From Basidiobolus meristosporus CBS 931.73 (Eukaryota; Fungi; Basidiobolomycota): 64,000 bases of DNA. Positions 1 to 11,227 of this stretch are shown piece after piece. The notes under the pieces were generated by a model, which had not been told where the DNA came from, did not search any database, and saw only the letters and a list, made by a program, of their open reading frames with translations. Position 1 is the stretch's first letter. Every line of letters starts with the position of its first letter. Location: positions 62,001 through 126,000 of the forward strand of contig MCFE01000054.1 of NCBI GenBank assembly GCA_002104905.1, written 5' to 3'. Position numbers and translations under genes: made by a program.

Positions 1-439
1 ATTTCCAATCAATACTTGGATTGTGGTAACTCAGCCATGAGCTTCCAAGCACAATAGGATAGTGTGGTGAGTTGATGATGTTGAAGGCAATTCTTTCTTG
101 GTGAGCAGTACTGGACAGCTGAAGTAAGCATGTTTCATGAATAACGGCACCAGAGGAGAGTGATCTTCCATCAATAACTTCTACTTGGACTGGACAGGAT
201 CTCAAGGTAACAGGAATAGAGTGTTTCTGGACAAAGGCTTGGTCAATGAAACAGGATGAAGCACTGGAATCAATCAGGGCTAGGGTTGGGACAGGGCTGG
301 AGTCAGGGATCTGGATTTTGACAGGCATTCTCAAGGACCGGATAGATTTTGTGGCAAAGGAAGATTCTTGGATATGCTGGATTTTCATGGGTGGGTCCAG
401 TTGCAGGAATGTCAGTGCAACTGGACATTGGAGTTTCCC
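1..439 (-). pseudogene. Ty3/gypsy pol 5' part (aspartic protease) in the -1 frame of gag; runs off the window edge
   Basis: -1 frame after GGGAAAC is open to base 1: GKLQCPVALTFLQLD...PTLALIDSSASSCFIDQAFV...VEVIDGRSLSSGAVIHET...HYPIVLGSSWLSYHNPSIDWK, a retropepsin pattern; catalytic DSGA reads DSSA. Confidence 0.85.
395..439 (-). promoter_or_regulatory. -1 programmed ribosomal frameshift signal (slippery G GGA AAC, 6-nt spacer, 11-bp hairpin)
   Basis: Minus strand reads TTG GGA AAC TCCAAT GTCCAGTTGCA CTGACATTCC TGCAACTGGAC; heptamer 433-439, arms 416-426 and 395-405 perfectly complementary; pol is in the -1 frame. Confidence 0.85.
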
Positions 440-1344
440 AACAGATCTGAATCAGGTTGGTTACTGGAGGACTGCATCAGCTTGAAGCTGGACTTCTTGT
501 TGGGGCAGGACTTGGCAAAGTGACCTGGTTGGCCACAGTATAGACAGAGGTTGGCTTGTTGACGTCTGGACTTTTCACTCTTTGATAGTTTCATGTATTT
601 GGCACTATCAATCTGCATAGGATCTTCTGGAGTGACTTGGGGAGCAGGAGGGGCTGGGACTGCAACAGGAATGTGTCTTTGACAGTTCTTTTGCTTCTTC
701 TGGAATAGTCTGTTATCACACCGGATTGCTTGGTGCATAGCTTCAACCAATGTATCTGGATCTGGGAGTGTGAGTAGCAGATCACAAACTTCATCATTGA
801 GGCCATCTTGGAATTGGCTAATCAAGGCTGCTTGACCCCAGGAGCTGAGGTCACTGGAGAGTTGTTGGAATTCTGAGGCATAGACTGATGCTGGTTTGTT
901 CCCTTGCTTGAGGGTCTTGATCTTGTTGGCAGCAGTTCTGGCTTGGTCAAGGTTACCAAATGCTAGCTCCATTTCAGTGAGGAAAGCTTGGTAGTCTCTG
1001 AGGAGGGGAGAGTTGGTCTCCACTAATGGGGAGAACCACTTGAGAGCTGTACCAGTAAGCAGGTTGGAGATGAAACCAACTTTGGCCTGGTCAGTGGGGT
1101 ACCAATTGGGCTGGAGTGCAAGATTGTTCTTCACCATGTTGATGAAGCCACGGAATTCATTCTGAGAGCCGTTGAACTTGGTAGCAGGAGTATACTTGGG
1201 TTCTTGGTAGACTGGGACATGGCTAGTTTGCTGGACACTTTGGTTCTGGAACTGAGCAAGAGTGTTTCTGAGGTCTGCATGGTCTTGCTGCAGTTGGGTA
1301 AAGGCAGCCATGAGCTGGGCAAAGTTCAGCTCTAGGTTGGACAT
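412..1344 (-). CDS. Ty3/gypsy Gag (retrotrans_gag, PEG10/Tf-like) with CCHC zinc knuckle; ORF intact
   Basis: ATG at 1344 (ORF track starts at an upstream TTG); motifs KFNGSQNEFRGFI, AKVGFISNLLTGTALKWF, LKQGNKPASVYASEF, PMQID, CLYCGQPGHFAKSCP. Confidence 0.92.
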   Translation of the reverse strand: MSNLELNFAQLMAAFTQLQQDHADLRNTLAQFQNQSVQQTSHVPVYQEPKYTPATKFNGSQNEFRGFINMVKNNLALQPNWYPTDQAKVGFISNLLTGTALKWFSPLVETNSPLLRDYQAFLTEMELAFGNLDQARTAANKIKTLKQGNKPASVYASEFQQLSSDLSSWGQAALISQFQDGLNDEVCDLLLTLPDPDTLVEAMHQAIRCDNRLFQKKQKNCQRHIPVAVPAPPAPQVTPEDPMQIDSAKYMKLSKSEKSRRQQANLCLYCGQPGHFAKSCPNKKSSFKLMQSSSNQPDSDLLGNSNVQLH

Positions 1345-1425
1345 GGTAGCAGAGGAAGGCGGATGAACTTGCAAGGAATACTGGAATATACTAAACTAGG
1401 TTGTGGGTTTGTAAAGCCACCAGTA

Positions 1426-1750
1426 TGTCAAGAATACAACTATTGAGCCACAATCCCCAACTTAAATAAGTTAGCGTCACTTCAGAAGGTACTGGTTTCA
1501 ATGTCCTTTGATAGAGTATTGTACTAAAGCTTCCAATACTGTAACAACTGTAAACTCCACCAGCAGGGTAATAAAGTGAATGCAGCTTTGACCAATAGTT
1601 TTACAAAGATAAAGTATCTTTGCCTTTATAGGACAAGACTAGGGAAAGATGATGGGTGATACTTATGGTGAGTATTCCTTTTACAAGTTTTCTTCAAACT
1701 TTGGGCAGAAGGCAGGGATCCACAGGTAAGTCAGGAGAGTCTGATAAAAC
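1426..1750 (-). repeat. 5' LTR of the gag element (LTR family E), truncated by LTR-A
   Basis: Begins TGTCAAG just upstream of gag; similar to 6352-~6620 (actattgagc.acaatccccaactt, acaactgtaaactccaccagcaggg). Confidence 0.65.
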
Positions 1751-2271
1751 TGTTATGAAAAGACACAAGGCAGGAAGAAAAGCTAGGCACAGCAGGAAAG
1801 GACTTAGGTGTGGACCATCAAGGCAAGGCAGGATTCAAGGCAAGGCTATTTATTCAAGACCTGTGTTTATCAGACTGAGGAATACTTAAGGGGGGATAGG
1901 ACTATATATACTTTTTGGCTATACTGATGCCAAGAGATATTAGCTAATACTGATGGGGTTGTGGGGTGAGGCACAGCAATGGTGCTGGGGATAATGACAT
2001 AGATGACACGGCACTGAGACAGGATGGGGTAATGGATTGGGTCACCTGATCATGTGACTAAGTCATGTGACCTGGTATTTCCATATATGGTACTGGACTA
2101 TGAAAAATACAATGGAAAGCTTCCATGGAATGTTCCATTGTGTAACAATGGTTTGGAATGGTCAGGAACTTTCTGGAAGGTGGTAGAAGGTTCCAAAAGG
2201 AATCTCTTAGAAATTGAGCAAGGAAGCTGAAACTTAGCATGGGTGTTCATGGTTGTCATGTGATCATGACA
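1751..2271. repeat. LTR family A copy (521 bp) with non-matching flanks
   Basis: TGTTATGA...TCATGACA termini; about 96% identical by eye to 49365-49885; flanks AAAAC / GCCAG do not form a TSD. Confidence 0.88.
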
Positions 2272-3251
2272 GCCAGTGAGATATCCACTCTGTCTACAAT
2301 GGCAAATATGGAGCCTGTAGTAGACAAATTGCCTTTCCCTAACTGTAATCTTCCAACCATTTGATACTTCTCTACTTGTTCACAGCTTTCTACTGTGCTT
2401 GTGATCTGCTCTTCAAGAAGCTGATATCTTTTATCTGTAGCATTGTTATTCTTTGACCTTTGGTGGTTTCTATAGCTCCAGAGATATTTACTCAGCATAG
2501 CAATGCTGGCCAAAAGTCTGTTTGCTTGCTTGAGTCCAGAATATTGCTTATGATTCATGTCAAGCAAATTGAGTCTGCCCTTTAGTTTGTGGTAGTCCAA
2601 CTATATACTGGCCTCTAGATAATTGAATGTTGGACCTCTCAGGGCTGCTTAAATCTTGGCCCACTCTGCATCATTGCACTCAACAGCCTCACAGATATTC
2701 AATACACTTTGACTCTTAGGCTTTGGTGTATATATTACAGTGTCTGCCTCTCATGCTGTGACAGGTTTTTGTGTGGGCTTTTCCTTTGGGCACTGTTGTA
2801 GTGCTTCAAAAGCTGTATAGTGTTCTTTGGCTGTGAAATCTGGAAATTGCTCAATCCTTGTCTGAATCATAGAGCTACTTGACTTCCTACATTGCAACAA
2901 ACTCACTGTATTTTGCATTTGGGATATTCATTGCTCTGAATGCATTATCCACTGATCCTGCTTCTGGACTGTTACCTAATTCCTCTGAGCCATTTCAACT
3001 ATCCTATTAGACACTGAGCCTAATTACTACATTGATGCTTTGGTATGAGCTGATGGTATATTGCAAATATTAGCAGTGGGGATCTTATCACAATCAATTG
3101 CTGGTCAGCCACTAGAGGCACTGCATTTTCTACAACAGCATATGCCTGAGCACTATGGTCAACATGCAGCTCTACAAGCTTCTGTGGCTATCTGTGGGGG
3201 GTTCTGTTGTGTACCAAATATGAGGATAATAAGCTCAGGGCTACCAACAGT
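2272..3251 (-). mobile_element. Diverged fragment of CMC/EnSpm accessory ORF2
   Basis: Homologous to 3905-5310 and, inverted, to 43260-44850. Confidence 0.7.
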
Positions 3252-6200
3252 CCCTATGTGAAATTATTGTGATGATCCCATCAAAAGGCTCTCACAGATT
3301 TGAAGTCCTGTGACTAAGTGGTACTGATCCTGTCAGGACACTGTGCAGAGACCATTGAAAAATAATTGCACCCCAGATTTCACAAAAATCTTAGTCAAAA
3401 TTTTTATCACAACAATATATAAGAGGCTTTTGATTGTTTCCTGCCAATTTGCACACTCTCTGATCCCAGACATTCAATCACCACCTACATATGTGGACAT
3501 TGATTGGCTATTGCCTCTTTTTCACACTCCTTACTTCTTGACTCAACCATTTCTCTTACTTCTCATGGGTACAAATTGATTTATTTCAGTTGAAACTTCA
3601 GTTGTACCCCAATTGCCAATTGTGTTGACCTATACAAGTCTCTATACTCTACACTAGCACTAAGCCCAACCCCACACTCAACATGTAACTCCATTAAAAT
3701 CCACCACTCAATACAATTTTCTGCTGTTACACTCTGTTTCCATGACTTTGGCAGGAACCCAATGGCTTTATGCCACTGTTCATTCACTAGTTTTCTTGCA
3801 CATTGCTCTTGAAGAAGTGCTGCAACCTCCTGGTGTGGCTATTGATCTTCCAAAATTCAACTGAAGGCATTGTGATAGTCTTTTGAGTTCTTGACATTAC
3901 AGCCTTGCCAGTCAGTGGGATATCCACTCTGTCAAGAATGGAGGATGTGGGGGCTGTGGTAGACAAATTGCCTTTTTCTGCAAACTACCTTGCTGGAGTG
4001 TAGCTCAACCGGCTGCACTTGCAACTCTTGTGAGAACAGCTGTTTTCTTGTTGGTAATTCTTGTTGGCAATGACGGGATTCAGTCTGTTCTGGGCTTGCA
4101 GTGTTAATTGGCAAGAACTGCAGTTTTTTTTGCCTGCTTCCCTGTCTCAGGCCCGGGTAGACATTCTCTCCTTTACCTTTTCCTTTATTACTGCCAGGTC
4201 CTTCACTACTACTTTGACCAAGTGCTTCTTGAGTGGTACTATGCTTTTTCCTTGATAAATGTTGTGCTGGTGCATATGTGTCTGCCTGCTTTTCCCTTAT
4301 TGGCACTCTTCCAGCTACCTGACATCTCTTTGACTCTTGTTTGGAGCTTTTGGCCCTGCTTGTAATGTGCTCTTAAGGGAGCCACTGGTTTTTAGCCATG
4401 GCACCCTTGTTCTTCTGCCTTTGATAGCTTCTGCTATTCTTAAGATACTTTCTTAGCATATCAATGCTTACCCAAAATCCATGTGCCCACTGGTATCCAA
4501 GATAATGCTCATGGAACAAGTCAAGTGCATTCTGCTTGGCCTTGAGTTCCTGATGGTCCCATGATATGCTGGCCTTAAGGTGATGGTATGCTAGACTTCT
4601 GACAGCCTCTTGAATGTTATCCCACCCTTCATTATTGCAATAATAGCTTCCCAGATCTTCAATGTCTTATGATTTTTAGGCTTAGGTATAAACACCATAT
4701 TGTGTCCCTCCCCTGCTGTAATAGGTTCCTCTGTGGGCTTTATCTTTGGGCACTATTGTTGTGCTTCAAAGACTTTATGGTGTTCCTCTGCTGTTACATT
4801 GGGAAATGGCTCAATTCTTGGCTGTGTCATTGAGCAACTTGACTTCCTTCTTTGCAGCAAAGATACTGCTTCCTCTACCTGATATATTGACTGCTCTATA
4901 TATATTATTTGCTCATCCTGTTTCTGGACTATTTTCTGATTTCTCTGGGTCATTGCATTGTTCCTATCAGCCACTGCACCTAATTGCTTTATTGATGCTT
5001 TGGTAGGAGTGGACAAAATACTTACTAATATGGGTGGTGGCAATGCTATGATGGCCACTTGCTGGTCTTCAACTGAATGTATGGCATTTGCTACATTCTC
5101 ACTTGCCTAAGCATAATGCTCAGCTTGTGGCTTGGCAGAGGCTCTCAATTGCCTACTTGACTGAGAGCCTGAGGAGTCTGCATTTTTACCTTCAATGGGC
5201 ACACTGTCAACACAGCCTTTTTTGGATGTAGCCCCACTTGTTGCACTGAATGTCAAAGCAAGCTGTTGTCTATCTATTCTTCTGTTGCCATCAGCAGTGG
5301 GGTTTGGTTGGGAACCAGGCAACTTTGCTTTATTTTTTGGAGGCATATAAATAGAGGTGAGTCAAACCAAAGGGAAATAGTGCTACGTATACATTTGTAT
5401 GTGATGCCACAACTTTATTTGTAATGCTTACTATGGCAGGTTATCATTGAATTTTACATTGATGCAGGTGCAATTTCTCAAATACAAGACTGCCTTAAAT
5501 GTGCATGAGTATTGAACAAAAAGTGATATAATAGTGTTATGTTGTTGAAGGTCAAACTATTTGCCCCATGGACAAGACTTCTTTGATTCAACACCGCAAA
5601 AGAAGTGAAAGAACCCATATGGCTATTGAAGCAAGCCTCTCTGTCATGAAGCATACAGACAGCATAGGAAGTATTGCAAGGATCATGGCCAGTGTTTTGC
5701 CACACAAGTTATATTTGACCATTTATCAGTGACTACTGTACCAAAATTATCTTGCCAGCCAGCTGATACTTCTATATTGGCACCTGGATATTTTTGCCAC
5801 CTTGCGCAAACTAAGTTAAGTGAGTTTTTGACTCCTTTAGGCTCACCTCAGGCTTCTAAATATGCCTTGCAGAGTGATAGCTCTGATAAAGAAGGCTCAC
5901 TGATGGATTGTGAGCTTATCTTCCCTAACAACAGTACCATGCATGAGCCTAGTGAAATCCCAATATGCAATGAGACCACACCCTCTGAAACAAATGCCAA
6001 GGATACTTTACGGAGTCAGATGATTCCAGTAATCCATCTACTGGTGATTGATATAAAATTGGGGCTAGAAAAGTGGTGAGTTTCCACTAACATCAGTAAT
6101 GGGGGCTTTGAGGACTTATTACTATTTCTTGCCAAAATCATTCTGGATGCAACTTACCATGTACATGGTACAAGTGGACAACTGTCATGCAGTGTGGTGG

Positions 6201-8370
6201 TGTATAGGTCCAGGGGAGAGATATGTCCAGCACTTCTCAAGTGCTTTGTGTGTGGGGTGTTCACTGGGTGCAATAACCACTGGCAAAAGCTTGCTAGGAA
6301 TACTTGGGTTCTGTCTCTAATCTAATGTGATGGGGAATAATGTGACAAGCTTGTCAAGGGAAAACTATTGAGCTACAATCCCCAACTTAGTTGGTATCTT
6401 AACAAAAGTATGTGCTGGGTTCAGCATCCTTTGAGATGACAATGTACTAGAGTTTCCAAAGTCAAAACAACTGTAAACTCCACCAGCAGGGACTTGATAA
6501 GAATGCAGCTGTGGTCAATAGTTACAAAGACAGAAAAGTATCTTTGCCTGTACAAGAACAAACTTGTGAAAGAATCAAATATAATAAAAGATACCTACTC
6601 TGAGTATTCCTCACAAGTAGTGCCTCCAAAGTTAGTTGTCTGTCAGAGTGGTTTCCTGGGAGTGTCCTGTGGTCTGGGGTTGGAAGTTCAGGTAGCAGCA
6701 GGTGGCAGTGATCACACTAATCAACAAGTTGGTATATTGATAAAAGGGGTGCTGAGTTATTGTTGAGGGATTGCCTCCCTTGTATACTTTTCTCACTGGT
6801 TAAGTGATTACTAATCATGGTGTTCCAGAGGGTTCTGGTGGTCAAATAGAAATCTTAATGATATCAGAGTAGGCTAAGAACGTTGTAAGTAGGTGCCAGA
6901 GGGTCTCAAGAAGCACAGCACAGCCAACCAATCAGGAATCAGTAATCTGAAGCCTGCGTAACATAGTGATACCATATATGGTATGAAAATTGTATGGATG
7001 GTGACTTGGCTTGGTCATGTGTCACATGTACTGGCACAGGTACTTGCCTAGTATAGAAGTACTTACATTAAGAAATCTTATATAAAGTGAGAAATAACTT
7101 ATGCAATAAGGTAAACAGGTGCGATAGACAGCCAGCTTATGGGATAGTACTGGTCAAGTAAGACAAATGGGATTATACTAAAGTAAGTGTAGTAGAAAAA
7201 TAGGGAAGTAAATAATATGGAATGAGCACATCTGTCAGTGGGTGTCACTGTGACCCTACTACATTGGAATATGGAATTAACTAGAAACCAGTGTAACTTA
7301 AGATTGAGGGTGTCTGCTGGTGCAAGAGCTTTCCACAGGGAGCAATGCATATGCTTCTCAACAATATCCATATACTGAAGACCAAGTTGTATATGGGCAT
7401 TTCAAGCCAAATGAGCCATTTGAGATACCAGAAAACTTTAAAAGAATTGGTGAGATATTACAGAGTATCTGCTACCTCAAGTACTTTGCACAGGCTCCAA
7501 TCAATATTCATACACATATGCAACAATACAAGTGCAAAGACTGGATGAACTGGATATGTAGTTATTCAAATGGCATTCTGAAGCCATTCCTACTAAGAGT
7601 ACATTGGAAGCATTGGGAGTCATATGTGGACATTGTAGGAATATTTATCCAGAAGTAGATCAACAATGCCAACTTGACACATCTACAGCTTCTGTGAAAG
7701 GAGCTTGTGACAGGATTTGAGCAGCTATACTACAAACATAAGGCTGAATGTGTAGATTTTTGCTGCTACTGTATCCATTCTCTGCTCCATCATGATTTGT
7801 GTGTGGAGGATCTTGAGCCTTGCTTCATCTTTTAGGAGTTTCCCATGGAGCAGATGTGTGGGGAGATACAAAGACAAGTCAAGTTGCAGGTACTACCATA
7901 CCCCAATCTCATTAAGAATATTACTTTCACATCCATGATGGATGTGATAAGTTGGCACATAGAGGACAGCCAGGAAGAGTTAGAAAATACCAAGGAAAGA
8001 TGTGCACATGGAGACACCTATGGCTATGGCATTAAGAAGCTAAGCAGCCACAAGGCATTGGTAATCAGTTAAGTAATGCAAAGAGGGGTTGGGTGTAACA
8101 AGCAACTAACTTTAATTGGAAAACTAAATGTGAAATACCCAATGTAGTAGTGGGTAGGCAAATAAAGAGGGGTGATTCTACAGTGGAATATATGAATTGC
8201 ATAAGAGGAGGGAGAAAAAGGAAATACCAATTGGTTAATTGGTACAGTAGCAATATATAGAACTAGCTGTAGGATGCCATATTGCCATGATGATGCCATC
8301 AGACACTTGCAATGAGGCTGTCAAAATACTGTCAAGCTCTTGCCATATAAGGTAATTGGATGTACTGGCC
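3252..8370. mobile_element. CMC/EnSpm (CACTA-type) DNA transposon copy C2, internally deleted: ORF2 on minus (~3580-5346), transposase pieces on plus (~5726-6192 and ~7264-8300)
   Basis: Starts CCCTATGTGAAATTATT; inverted homology to 39234-45583; transposase C-terminal motifs KCKDWMNW, HWKHWESYVDIV, FPMEQMCGEI. Confidence 0.8.
6193..7263. repeat. Composite LTR (family C ends, family E-like segment from 6352)
   Basis: TGTGGTGGTG start and CCCTACTACA end match LTR-C (39796-40581); interior from 6352 resembles 1426-1650; CMC transposase flanks are non-adjacent. Confidence 0.65.
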
Positions 8371-8372
8371 AG

Positions 8373-11210
8373 CTAGATCCATTTAAAATAGTTGTAGAGA
8401 GCATTAAGACTGCAACAATGCCATGCAATTGTATTCACAGCACCAATGAAACTGAGTATTGTCAATATATCTGCCACCGTTTTGCCAGTTGGACAGTAAA
8501 CTAACTCTACTAAGTTATTTTCCACTGCTTCCCTCACAAAGTGGTGTTTTATATCTATGTGGTTAGTTCTGGCATGATTAACAGGATTCCTAGCTAATGC
8601 AATACAGCTTTGATTATCTTTGTAGATACACGTTGGTTCATCTGAATCAAAACCAAAGTCTTTGAATAATATCCGTAGACATATAGCCGTCTTAGTTGCT
8701 TGCCAAGTGGCCATCTATTCAGCTTCAGTTGTAGATATGGCTACAGTTGGTTATTGATTGCAATTCCAAGTGATAGCTGCACCAGCATAAAGGAATACAT
8801 ACACAGTGGTAGAGCCTCTGTTAGTCAGATCCCTACCCCTATCTGAATCACTATAACCATCATATTTGCACATATTAGCTGCTCCAGAGTATTTCAGTAC
8901 ATATATGGTACCTTGGAGATATCTGAAAGTCCACTTATCTGTGGTAATATGATCTGATCCATAATGCTGCATGAATTGAGTGACTATTCCAGCTGCCACT
9001 GCAATATCAGGATGTGTAGATACCATCAAGCACATTAGCCTATCAGCCATTGACTGCTAGGGAAAGTTTTGGTCCATACTTGAGCCATTTTCACTGAAAA
9101 ATGGCTGAGATTTGCTCAATTTGAGATTATTGCCTATAGGGGTAGCTGCAGTCTTGCAATTTTCCATTTTGAAGCATCTAAGAATGTCCCTGATGTACTT
9201 GGCTGATTCAGCTCAATTTTCTGCCGAGGGATGTCAGGATTTACTTCAATTTCAAGAAAATAGCTCAATTTTCCAAGATCTTTCATCTAAAACTTGTTGA
9301 AGAGATCAGATTTTGTCTGTTTAAGTACCTCCTGGACACTTGTAGCTATTGTTAGGTCATCCACATACAGAACTAGGATGGCCACACGCTTTTTGAGCTG
9401 TTTTACATTTATACGGTGATCTGCAGTGCTACAATTAAACCCAACCTCCTCTAGGTATGTGTCAATCTTGTTATACCATGCCCTAGGTGCCTATTTAAGC
9501 CCATAGAGCAATTTCATAAGTCTGCACACCTTATGAGGGCCTTTTTGATTTGGTAAAACCTCCTGGTTACTCCATATATATTGTTTCTTGCAAATCCCCA
9601 TTTAGAAAGGCTGCTTTGACGCTCATTTGGTATAGATCCAGACTGTGTACAGCTGCCAGGGCTAGAACTATCCTAATGGAGTTGAACTTAGCAACCAGAG
9701 CTGAAGTTGCCTTGAAGTCCAGTCCCTGGATCTGGGAATAGCCTCTAGCCACCAATCTTGCCTTGTACTTATCAGCAGTACCATATGAGATTATATTGAT
9801 CTTGTAGACCCATCTACATCCTCTTGGCGTTCTCCCATCTGGCAAATCTACCAGTTCCCACATTTTTGCTTTGATTAGTGATTGGTCCTCCTCCTGCATG
9901 GCTTGTTGCCACATAGTAGCATCTGGACTTTGCATTGCCTGTTCCAGATTCTGAGGTTTGGCACATAAGGCAAAATAAGCTTCTTCATGATAGTTGGATG
10001 ATTGCCACCAGGATCCAGGGGCATTTGTTATTCTGTTAGATCTCCTAACTGGGATAATCTGCTCTGATCTGGAACTGGTAGAAATATCTTCTGTATATGG
10101 CTGAAATTGGAATGTATCTTCTTCATTAATGTTGATTTCATCATCAGGAAGCTGGCCAATGATTTCTGCGGCTTTCTGATATGAATGCTCCTCAAATACA
10201 GAGTCCCTGCTCTTGATCAGCTTCTGAATTTTGCCATTGTACACTCTATATCCTTTAGTATCATCACAATACCCAAGTCAGTTTTGCTGCTGTAGCCCCT
10301 GAGATATCCATCAAATTTAGTAATATAGACCCACTGATGGTAGCTTCCAGCACAGAGTTGCCTCCCAGATAAGCCTTTCTTAAAGATAAAGTCCTTAAGT
10401 TGCTGAACCACTCCTTTATACCACATATATGTTGTGATGCTCCAGAGTCAATATACCATTCATGACTTTAGTTACTTGCATTCTCTTGTACAGTAACAAA
10501 TAACTGTTCATCTGTTGTGATATGGTTTACCTGCTCCAGTTTCTGTTTTTTGTCTGCTGGTTTCTTCTTGCATTCTCTTGCCCAGTGTCCTGGCATTTTA
10601 CAGTAGTTACAGCAACTAGATTTTCTTCAGTTTTGTTGCTTTCCTTTCATTTCTGTGTGCCTTTCTGAGCTGAGTAATGCATTGTCTTCAATTTTCTCTG
10701 AGTGGTCATTATGTCCAAGTTCTTGATGAAGTAGTGTTCCTTGGACATAGTCTAAAGTTAAATTGCCTTCCCTGCTTTCAAAAGAAAGTATGAGTAGCTT
10801 ATAATTGTCTGGTAGGCTGCAAAGTAGACAGAGTATCTTATTTTCATCATCTACACCAGTATTAATACTGTAAAGCTCTTCTGCAAGTGTCTCCAGTGTG
10901 GTAATGAGTTGTAGCATGTCATCATCTGGCTTCTTCCCCATTCTGAAGAACTTTAGTTTAGATAAAGCTTGCTTGATACTGATTTTGCTCTAAAGATCTT
11001 ATCTAAGGATTCCCATGCTGCTTTAGCAATATTTGAAGCAAAGATTTGTCTAATGAAGGAATCTTGCACATTGATACATACAGCACTAAAGGCCTTTATC
11101 TCCTTCTCTTGAGACTTTTCCACTTCTTCTGCTGTTCCTTTGGGCTCAACTTCATTTCCTGTTACTATATTCTAATGTTTTCTTGCCTTAAGGTGGATCT
11201 GCATCTGAAT
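8373..11210 (-). mobile_element. Degenerate Ty1/copia internal region (gag, partial integrase, RT, RNase H)
   Basis: gag LLCSLPDNYKLLI; RT YKARLVARGYSQIQGLDF, VKAAFLNGDL; RNase H DNQSCIALARNPVNHARTNHIDIKHHFVRE; many stops and frameshifts. Confidence 0.9.
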
Positions 11211-11227
11211 TCTTCTTATCCTGTTAC

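Noticed and set aside
412-1374. Domesticated PEG10/RTL-like host gene
   Set aside because: It has an adjacent LTR with related copies, a downstream pol, and lies in a TE block; an ordinary retrotransposon explains it.
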